Notes under the pieces: generated by a model
What the model was told of the DNA's origin: nothing
Databases searched by the model: none
Seen by the model: the letters and a program-made list of their open reading frames with translations, nothing else
Program-made: the position numbers and the translations under genes
Shown here: positions 54,227 to 64,000 of the stretch, one piece after another
How the letters are laid out: every line of letters starts with the position of its first letter
How positions within the stretch are numbered: position 1 is the stretch's first letter
Assembly: GCA_951406725.2 (NCBI GenBank)
Contig: OX597816.1
Span: 156,674,001 to 156,738,000 of the forward strand
From: Octopus vulgaris
Lineage: Eukaryota
Length of the DNA stretch: 64,000 bases
Direction of reading: 5' to 3'

Positions 54227-54731
54227 CCAGTCAAAAAGTCGGTTAATCTACAGCTTCACCTAGATCTCAGTGGATCAAGCAATGGGTGTAGACATACAAC
54301 TCCGACGATACTTTGAAGGTAGAACACCTACCATTGAGTGTGTCTACTCAATTTACTAGATTTGCCTGACGTGTAGTATTTACGAGGATAACTGACTATC
54401 AAATGACATATGAACCCACCGATATACCCATATTCACACATGCACAAACATTTACAAGCATTAAAAGATAAAAACGGGAAAATAGAAGAAATATCATAAA
54501 AATTAGAAGACGAAATCTTCGAATTGTCCACTATCAATTGAGTAACAGTTTTGTAAACTACTGTCAACAAAGTAACACCTAAATCGCCTGTATTATTCTT
54601 TGCGGGAGAAGATTTAGAAATAAAACGGGAGCATTCACTGGATTTATTTTATTGTAGGTAATTTAATTTTTAACAGAACTTTTGAATCAATTTTCACTTT
54701 CCAGATAAATTATAAATAATTACACAAGTCG

Positions 54732-54850
54732 TTTATGTCTTTCATCCTTTCGTGGTCGCTAAAATACAATACCAGTCACGTACCGGGTTCATTGTAATAG
54801 AGTAATCCGGCCCCACTGAAATTGCTGGCCTTGTGCCAAATTTGAAACCA
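54732..54850 (+). mobile_element. SINE family B-related fragment
   Basis: ctttcatcctttcgtggtcg..gaaattgctggccttgtgccaaa; similar relics at ~14690-14790, ~46495-46625, ~55778-55926, ~62393-62480. Confidence 0.65.
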
Positions 54851-56211
54851 ATATAAATTATAAATAGCTACACTAATTTTTCGATTTATAAATCTTTCAG
54901 TTAATATACTGCATTTCTCTATGTGAACATTGTTTAGTAACTATTTGAAGACAAGAAAATACATGCTATACAAATTATGATCTTTCTGTTACAATGTAAA
55001 ATATTACATGTTTAAGATATCTATCTTTGTAATAAATACACAATCGGTGTGTTTCTTTCTTAATAACAACATATCACTACATATTTAATGATATTTATTG
55101 TAACAGAGTGTAGTAGTTGCTTCATGAGAGAGAAATATCTAAAGCATATACATTCACTAACAATAGTACAAGAACGATTATATAGATGTGTACATAACAT
55201 CGAAAATTATGTTCTCAAGAACTTTCAATTAAATGTTTTAGAGAAATGAGTTTCCTAGAATTTAAGCCAATCAGTTATCTGAGAATTAATCGCCGTTATC
55301 TCTGTAAAGTTTAATTAAATTTTCCTTTCCGAAAATGTTATTCTTTCTTTCCCTTCAGAATCAAGACTATGATTTTGAAACTCACGAGATTTCAAAACAT
55401 GTTTCTGGTTCTTCTGAAAATGAAAGAATTTTACAATTACTATTAAATTTCATTCACCGACGTACATTATCGATAGTTTCATCCGATTTTAGATTTGTAA
55501 TGTTTTCTTTTTAAATTCTTTTTAACCCTTTCTAATCAAAGTTCATCAAATTGAGCCATAAAACAACCTCTATGCTGCCACATGACATGCTACAATTCGT
55601 AGACACATTATTAACAGATTTTACTCCGCTGTTTTAGATATGCCTTAACTCTAGATCAGCTTCACTAGATCTCATCTGGAAATGCATAACAAGAAAAATC
55701 AACAAAACAACATTAGGCCCATAGTTAGTTTTCTAACAAATCTTAATATCTAGTTTCCTTGACTGAGGAAACTTAACTTTCCGTTCTGAGTTCAAGTTTC
55801 GAAGAGGTTAACAGTTTTCCTTTCGGATCTATCAAATGAGTGACAGTTGAGCATTTAGTGGGGTGGTCGATGTAATCAACTTAACCCCTCTGACGAAGTT
55901 GCTGACCATGTGACAAAATTTGAAATTGATATTTATTATTCTTGATTACAATAGAATTAGACTTTTAGAAGTGTTAACAAAAGGTATGAACGTTTGGGTG
56001 GATAGAGTGATGGCTGAACAGATGGACAGGTGGATGCATGCATGGATGGAAGTGTCAGTCCATGTGTTAATAGAGGGAACGGGTGACTGTATTTGTGTGT
56101 GCATGTACAATGCAAATGATATATATATATATACATTTTGTAAGCAAACTCAAAGACTGTAAATACGGAGAAGAGCGACACACATAGGTCCTTTTAAATA
56201 ACTATAATTAT

Positions 56212-56689
56212 ATATTATTTAGTAATATATGCTCCAATTAAAGCGATTATACCTAAACTATTGACCAAAAAATGGGCCAGACGACTGGGAATTGAACACA
56301 ACATCAATGTCCGTACGCACCGAATTCATTCACATAGCCCACCCATCAATTTCAGCCAATTTTAATGTATAGATAAATTTAGTATAAATATTTATAAATT
56401 TTGTAAACAAATACAAAGGGTGTAAAAATTATTTAGGTTTATTCGCTTTAAATGGAGTATATATATTGTTAAAAAATATATAATTGTAATTATTACTAAA
56501 AATGACCTGTGTGTGTCGTTCCTCTCCGTAATTTACAGCCCTCGGATTTGTTTACGAAATTTACAAATATTTATACTAGACTAAAATTATCTATACATTA
56601 AAATTGGCTGAAAATGATGGGTGGACCATGTAGATGAATTCGGTCAACGGTTTAGGTTTAGCCGCTTCGTATGGAGCATATATTATTAA

Positions 56690-56696
<7 letters not shown>
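56212..56696. mobile_element. MITE with long imperfect terminal inverted repeats
   Basis: taatatatgctcc..cctaaac..ccgaattcat..ccacccatca..cagccaattttaatgtatagataa is mirrored at 56525-56696. Confidence 0.85.
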
Positions 56697-56761
<65 letters not shown>

Positions 56762-58062
56762 ATGCATGAAATAAACTGTCGAGACACTACATCCTTCAAA
56801 ACTTCCATGTACTTTGTAATCCACCAACAGTACACCTAATGCTTGGTGGCTTTCCCTTTTCTTAGTTGCAGTGCACCTGAGCATTGCATACAACAATTTC
56901 TTTCATACATTAACATAGAGAAAAGGAGAATAGCGTGCAATTTTGTCGGACATATCGAATGTATTGTCGAAGTATAGTTGAAGTTTGTTACTGACAGATA
57001 CATCAACGTCCCTGATATGCAATGCTAGATGATCTGGGAAGGATAAATAGGTAAAAGTATCGCTAATCCAAATAAACTAACTCCAGTTTCGCGCATTTTA
57101 GAGCATGCCGTATTATAAAAATACAACTGTATATTTATGATACTACATCGATGACTTTCTAGTTTACAAAGATCTATATGTATGTATATTTCTGTGTAGG
57201 TGTGTGCTCGCGCACGCACACATTTACACACACGTATACACACAACGCACACAATACTATATAGATAGAAGTTGTGCAGCAAACAATAAAATAGAACATA
57301 CATGCAATCATATAAGTTCAGCCCGAAGATTGTGGCCATATGCATATCTTTGGATTTTCCATCTTTATGGATTTATTTATTTACTGAATAGCCTAATAGG
57401 TAAACCATTTTAAAGCTATGAATTATCCGCATGACATCGTAAGTGTTTTTATAATTCTGGGAAATGCCATTGTCATCGGGTTATAAGATGAAAACGAGTT
57501 TAATTGAAATCCAGTTTGATAAGTTCCAATGAATGAAACTCTTATCCCTCGAGTTACTGTGTAGCTTCTGCCGCTTACGAATACAAAAAAAAGTGTATAT
57601 AATGGAAATGTATACACATAAGTATATATGTACATTCACTCATATTATTCGAAACATACACAACCTTATAGATTTCCTATGGTTAAATGTAAAATAATTA
57701 ACCACGTTGTTTACAATTACTATACTTATCTCGTGGCATAAAAACTTAATATGAAAACACACATATTCAATATGAAGATTGAATTTCCTTGACGCATTGG
57801 TTTCACTATGATAAGACATAATGAAGATGGGTTATATGCAGCAACGCTGAAAGCCAGAATGTAGAGCTTTCCATTTATACGCGCGAAAATTAATTTCATG
57901 ATACTTATATGTACACATTGATCTTTGGAAATTGAAAGAGGTCAACAGCTCAACGAATTATGTTACCCAAAAGACATATTTACGCTTTCTTGCATCGAGG
58001 AATTTTATTTTTGACTGACAATATTTCCCTCTATATTAACACAGTTATCAGTTGTTACAAAC

Positions 58063-58138
<76 letters not shown>

Positions 58139-58446
58139 TAACCATACACACATGTGAGCAGAGGCTTACAAACATTCATACTAAGATATATAAATGTGTT
58201 TGTGTGTGCATGTGTGTGTGTGCATGTGTGTGTGCGTGTTTGTAAACCCTCTAATCCTATTCAAATATTTGTAAGACGTATGCAAAAACATAGTCAATTT
58301 TACATTGCATATTCACCACACATATAAATACATACCTTCATGCACTCATATACGTGTATGTCTCTCTTCCTCCCTTCCTCTGTCTGTATGTCTCTCTCTC
58401 TATATATATATATACACGCACACGCATGCACACACCCACACACATA

Positions 58447-58536
<90 letters not shown>

Positions 58537-58539
<3 letters not shown>

Positions 58540-59640
58540 TGGCTTGGTCAGAAAATAATTTCGGTTTCTTAATATGAAAAAAGTATTTTATACAAAGAAT
58601 GAACTTTAATCAGTTATACATTTTCCATTTTGTTCGATGACCTTTTGCCATCATTCTGGCAACTTCATGATTCTGTGCTCATAGAACTTCTGGTCCTTAT
58701 CAACCAAAAACTGAAGCAAGTACGATTTCAGGTCATCATCATTATTGAAAGTTTTACCATTCAAAGAATTTTGCAAACTTCAAAATAAATGGTAATCTGA
58801 TGGTGCAAGGTCAGGGCTATATGGTGGATGTGAAATCACTTCTCAACCAAGCTCCAACAATTTTTCACGAGTAGCGATGGTTTAGCATTGTCGTGGTGGA
58901 ACACAACTCCTTTACGATTTGCTAATTCTGGCCGTTTTTCTTTGATTGCTTCTTCGAATTTCATTACTTGTTGACCGTAAACATCTGACGTGATCGTTTG
59001 ATTTTTTGGAAGCAACTCAAAATACACAACACATTGACAGCATGGTATTTTTTAATGCAATTCAGCTTTCGATGTGGTTTGTGCTAGTTCATTACACTTG
59101 AACCATGGTCGCTTTTGATTGATATACTTGTAGACAATCCATTTTTCATCACCAGTTAGGATTCATTTCAAACAAAGTTCGATTGCATAGCGTCTGAGAT
59201 GCCTATCGCAGATATTGATTCGATGTGCTAAGTGAATCTCTTTCAATTTATGTGGAACCCAAATATCGAGCTTCTTAACGAGTCCAAGATATTTGAAGTG
59301 ATTTTCAATTGTTCCGTGTGATACATTTAACGTCTCTGCAGTCTCTCGCGCAGTTATATAACAACCAGATTCAATTACGCCATTGATTCAGTCATCATCA
59401 AATTCAGTAGGTCGATCAGAACGTTGGTCACCTTTGAGTGAAAAAGCTCCAAAACGGAATTGTTAAAACTATTTCTGACATGTGCGTTCAGTTAAGCAAT
59501 CAACACCATAAACTTCACATATCTCTTTGAGAGCCTCAGCAGATTTCTTGCCTTTACGGAAAAAAAGAAACACGCAAAATACGGCGCAAATGTTCATTTT
59601 TACATTCTATGTTAAAATTGACACTAAACTAACTGCTGCA
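58537..59640 (-). mobile_element. mariner transposon, transposase pseudogene
   Basis: TIR tattggcttggtcagaaaataatttcggttt; WVPHKL, ILTGDEKWIVY, FHHDNAKP, HPPYSPDLAPSDYHLF; stops and frameshifts; 5' TIR missing. Confidence 0.95.
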
Positions 59641-59654
59641 AACAAAATTACGTC

Positions 59655-60060
59655 TCTGCTGGTCAGGTAATGTCCAGCGTATGGATCCCTATCGTCGCCC
59701 AAGGTTCAACGGAGAACTTGTAATCGGAACAAGACCCAAAGGAGGTCCGAAATTCCGTTTTAGAGACCAGCTCAAACGGATCTTGGCTCAAACTAACATC
59801 CAGCCATCCTCATGGGAACAGATTGCAACGAATAGGGCAGCCTGGAGGATTGCTATCTGCAATAGAGCCAGCTTCTTCGAGCAGAACAGACAACAGAATG
59901 TGGAGGCAAAAAGCACGAGAAGGAAAGAGCGTCTTCAACATCCTTGAACTGCACCGACCATCCCGTGTTAGTTCTGCTCACGACTCTTTCACCACCGACT
60001 TGGACTCCAAAGTCAGTTTTGGCACAAACATCAGCCGAGGAGACTAGATGGAAACTGACG
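59655..60060 (+). mobile_element. RTE-clade LINE 3' end
   Basis: GELVIGTRPKGGPKFRFRDQLK..WEQIATNRAAWR..RRKER, then C-x2-C..RLGLQS zinc-finger relic. Confidence 0.85.
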
Positions 60061-60091
60061 AAAGCTTTGCTCGGATTTGAACTGGATCCGA

Positions 60092-60123
<32 letters not shown>

Positions 60124-60127
<4 letters not shown>

Positions 60128-60788
60128 AAATAAGCAACAAGGATATCCAGAGGTAATGCAGTACGATCGTTTCATACGACTCCATTTACGAAGACGTAGA
60201 ATTTAATCAAATTACAAGGACGCAGATCAGGCCGAAAATGTCGCTAGAAGCTAGGATCACCAAGCATAGATTGGCATATTTCGGTCATATTATGCGGAGA
60301 AAATCCCTGGAGAAGGACATCATGCTCGGAATGGTCAGTGGTAAGAGAGGAAGAGGCCGACCAAGAACCCGCTGGCTTGACACCATCAAGAGGGATACCG
60401 GAATGGAAATAGCCAATCTGAAAGAAGCGGCCCAGGATAGAACTGACTGGAGGACACTGATCCAACGAGTGACCGAAAGTCGACTTCGACTGAGCGGATA
60501 GATAGACAAGGCCACATTAGTATAATTTTACCCAAAATCTCCAAGAGGAAAAGGAACTAGACAAAGAACATGTTTTACCAACATCACAATTGTAACTGAA
60601 ATTCTTTTCAAGAAGACACTGCATTATTCAATGAAATGGAGTCGAATGAAACGATCGTACTGCATTACCTCTGGATATCCTTGTTGGTTATTTTGATTTT
60701 AATCACCTTATTTTGAAATTGTATGGATAATACCATATTAAATTCTGGTGCCTCAACTTAAGTAACATATTCATCTGAATCTCTCTCT

Positions 60789-60790
<2 letters not shown>
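60124..60790. mobile_element. PLE-like remnant with a 64-bp inverted repeat pair, within (TA)n
   Basis: 60124-60187 vs 60634-60697, 62/64 complementary; carries GAAAC-GATC-GTA-CTGCA; related to 6700-6757. Confidence 0.6.
60220..60505 (+). mobile_element. RTE (BovB-type) LINE 3' end, open frame, 6-bp TSD
   Basis: SLEARITKHRLAYFGHIMRRKSLEKDIMLGMVSGKRGRGRPRTRWLDTIK..AAQDRTDWR; acaagg at 60214-60219 and 60506-60511. Confidence 0.9.
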
Positions 60791-60843
<53 letters not shown>

Positions 60844-60904
60844 TACACACACACACACACAACTCACACATACATGTGTGTATGTGTGTGTGTATGAGTG
60901 AGTC

Positions 60905-61121
60905 ATTGTGTCTGTGTTTATTCCCCCACCACTTCTTGACAACAGGTGTTAGTGTTTATGTCCCCGCAACTTAGCAGTTAGACAAAAGACATCGATTGAA
61001 TAAGTACGACACTTTAAATAAATAAGTATTGGGGTTGAGACATTCGACAAAAAATTCTTCAAGATAGTGCCCCCAGTATGGCTGCTGTCTAATGATTGAA
61101 ACAAGATAAAAGATAAAAGAT
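60905..61121 (+). mobile_element. SINE family A, 3' half, diverged
   Basis: gtttatgtccccgcaacttagc..gaataagtac..tgattgaaacaagataaaagataaaaga. Confidence 0.8.
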
Positions 61122-62779
61122 ATAGGCATTCTCCCAGTTTACTAATAGATCTCCTATGTCCTCCTGTATCTAATAGCCTTGTTAAAACGCAATGGCTTCC
61201 TTGAATTTATATACATCTGTTTACTTTTTGTCTGATTAATCGACTTCACTAACATAAATTGGATAAAATAGTAGCAAACGCAGCAACCTGGTGTTAAAAG
61301 CAAACAAATGCTTCACTTTTAAATAGAATTTTCCTTTTATTATTTTCCCCATCAGTACAACTCTCTCTCGGGATCAAGATAAATGAAATCACATAATAAT
61401 TCTGACTATAAATCGGTTGGCATCTTTGCTGGAAACTAATCAATTTAACGGATTTCGCATTTTTATGAGTACCCACCAAACCAATCAAATCGCAAATGTG
61501 TTTTAGAAGAAAAAGGAAAGAAAGGTTATTAAAGTTTATAAATATGAATGAATAATCTTTAATCTCTAAATTGCATATGTACCCGATAAACTTTGTCAAA
61601 TTACTTTGAGTTTTCTCATGTTATGGAAGATGTAAAATGGAGACATTGAATAACATGCTGGCAGACCAAATGAAAAGTAGAAGAGACGAAGTAGTTTATT
61701 AATATTTTATGACTCAATTCATGCAGCATTAACAAGTTGAATTAAAAACTACAACTGTGTGTTAGAAGTAGCCTGGATATTGTGTAATTCATGGGCATTA
61801 TTTTAAGCTGTATTTGAAGTTCAGTAAGTCTCAAACCAGACTTTTAAATTTTCCCAGTTAACATTTTCCTATGATAATGATCTCATCTACCTCGAAGGGC
61901 TACGAGGAGCAAGTGCACAAATAATTCCTGCAGACAAAAATCAATATCATATTTAAAAAAAAACAATAAGCAGTCTGTAGCTTTTTTTATATTCAGTGGT
62001 TGAAATTCGGTTATCCGGAGTAAAATCATTGGTAACAAATTGAATACAAACTAACCAAGGAGGGTTACTTTTGCAGCTCCACTCGATCATTGCTCCCATG
62101 GGGCGAGAACAACGGGAGAACAACAAAGTGAATATCATAAAAGATAATCTTTACTCTTTTACGTAAACAGACCCATCTTTACAATGTAATTCCATTCACT
62201 CATGAAATCAATACAGCATCAATTACAAAATACTTTAGACTTTTCTACCATTATATACTTATTTCGCAGCACTCTTTGATGTATGACAAAATTGTTTTCG
62301 TTCATATCAATTTCTTCATATTTATTTAGATGAATAACAATAGAGTACATGAGTTAAACACTTCGTATATTTAGTTTCATACATGTAAATCACGGGTTCA
62401 AGTCTTGATGCGTCTAATTTTGTCTTTCATCCTTTCATCCTTTCAGAGTGGATAAGTATCAAAATAAAGCGTATTACTTGCACAATTCCCTCCACCCTGA
62501 ACGTTTCCTAAATATTCATGAAGGAGGTGGCAGATATACGCAGACACGTGAAATTATTAAGAGGGAGGCAGGTATATGTAGAGATATAAAAATAAATAGA
62601 TAGTTAGGTTCTTTGACAAATGAATAGAAGCAAAAATAAAGAACAAAAGAAAGAATGGAAGAAAGAATAAATGAAATTGATACAGAAGGAGACTAGGACA
62701 CTGATGGACTGCAGATAGTAGAAAATGTTAGCTGGGTTTTTGGCAAAAAATAAATTAAAAAATAATAATTTGCGAGAAT

Positions 62780-63220
62780 ATGGTGGGTGGATGAGAGGAA
62801 GTCTTTCCGAAAATAGTAGCTGTAAAACAGGAAAAACACCCTAAAAGCAGTAGAAATGCACGAACGATTATAGTGGTGCCGTGAAGTAAACGTGCTTCAG
62901 ATACACTTATTTATTCATACGAACGTAACTGAGATGAAATATGTCATAAATAACAGTGACAAACGAAATATACACCGCCGATAGTTGTTGCTGACAAACA
63001 ACAGCAGTACCTTTATTCAGCTCAATAGACGTCATTGATTATTTGAAATTACCCGAATACGACAATGTGAACACGAAATATTTTCGAAAATACAAACTTT
63101 TTTCAACAATGCTAAGAGTAAAAGATGTTCTATATGAAACATTCTACCAGTATCCGAAGTTTGAAAGTGTTTAATTTAAAACATTTATTTATCGACCTGC
63201 CGATCAAAAGGAAAAGATCC
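62780..63220. mobile_element. Single arm of the DNA transposon at 21236-21937
   Basis: atgtcataaataacagtgacaaacgaaatataca..cattctaccagtatccgaag..aggaaaagatcc. Confidence 0.8.
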
Positions 63221-63721
63221 CAACATTCTTCAAACTTTATCACAGAGAATACATAAGAAGCCTCGAATTACACTCTGACTCAGAGGGAAAAACCCAATTG
63301 TTTTATCTGTAAATTATATCCGTATCGTGCAGCTTAGTGAAGCCTGACCTAAAACGAGAATATTAACACGTGTATTATCTTTTACCATTTGTATTAAACA
63401 TATCTCCAACCTAGATTTATACAAGCGTTCATTATATATGGAATAGATTTAAAATATAGTCACATATAAATGTGAATATTTTATTAACACTGCATAAATC
63501 TTAAATTTAGAACTATTTAAATCATGATATATTTTGTAGAGATGTGACTGCTATTTGAAACAGAAACCTCAGAAATAAAACAAATTTTCATAAAACAAAG
63601 CGAAAAAGAAATACTAGTTGTTGAAATCGTACCCAACTGAGCGTACATTACACTGCCTTATAGGCCAACAGCTTCGACATCCATTCAGAGGGACTTTAAA
63701 AGCCAGGTACTACACTCTTAA

Positions 63722-63950
63722 GGCGGCGAGCTGGCAGAAACGTTAGCACGCAAGGTGAAATGCTTTGCAGTATTTCATCTGCCGCTACGTTCTGAGTTCA
63801 AATTCCGCCGAGGTCGACTTTGCCTTTCATCTTTTCGGGGTCGATAAAATAAGTACCAGTTACGCACTGGAGTCGATATAATCGACTTAATCCGTCTGTC
63901 TGTCTTTGTCTCCTCTGCGTTTAGCCTCTTGTGGGTAGAAAAGAAATAGC
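63722..63950 (+). mobile_element. SINE family B, full length, ~11-bp TSD
   Basis: Homolog of 18915-19145; tactacactct at 63708-63718 and 63951-63961. Confidence 0.92.
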
Positions 63951-64000
63951 TACTACACTCTGTTCACAGCCAGTATATACTAGTAATTGCTGCATCACCA

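Overview
AT-rich, microsatellite-saturated eukaryotic DNA. The SINE families and repeat landscape resemble an octopus (coleoid cephalopod) genome; this is inferred from recall, not from a search. I cannot support any intact host protein-coding gene: most listed ORFs are translations of (TA)n, (TATG)n, (CA)n, (GATA)n or (AAT)n, and the recognisable ones are decayed transposon proteins. The window holds about four tRNA-derived SINE families; fragments of RTE, CR1-like and L1/Tx1-like LINEs; several Penelope-like elements (PLEs, RT + GIY-YIG); mariner, Tc1/maT-like and Tigger/pogo relics; a non-autonomous Helitron; and MITE/foldback palindromes. The main hidden signal is at least nine type I hammerhead ribozyme (HHR) folds or relics from about six unrelated sequence families. 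Two keep a full catalytic core: 5873-5935 (+), inside a 565-bp-period retrozyme-like unit, and 37652-37734 (-), in a PLE terminal repeat. One ~175-bp family has a variant CUGUNGA core. One SINE family shares its 3' tail with a Tx1/L1-like LINE in the same window. All alignments and folds were done by eye, so element boundaries are approximate.
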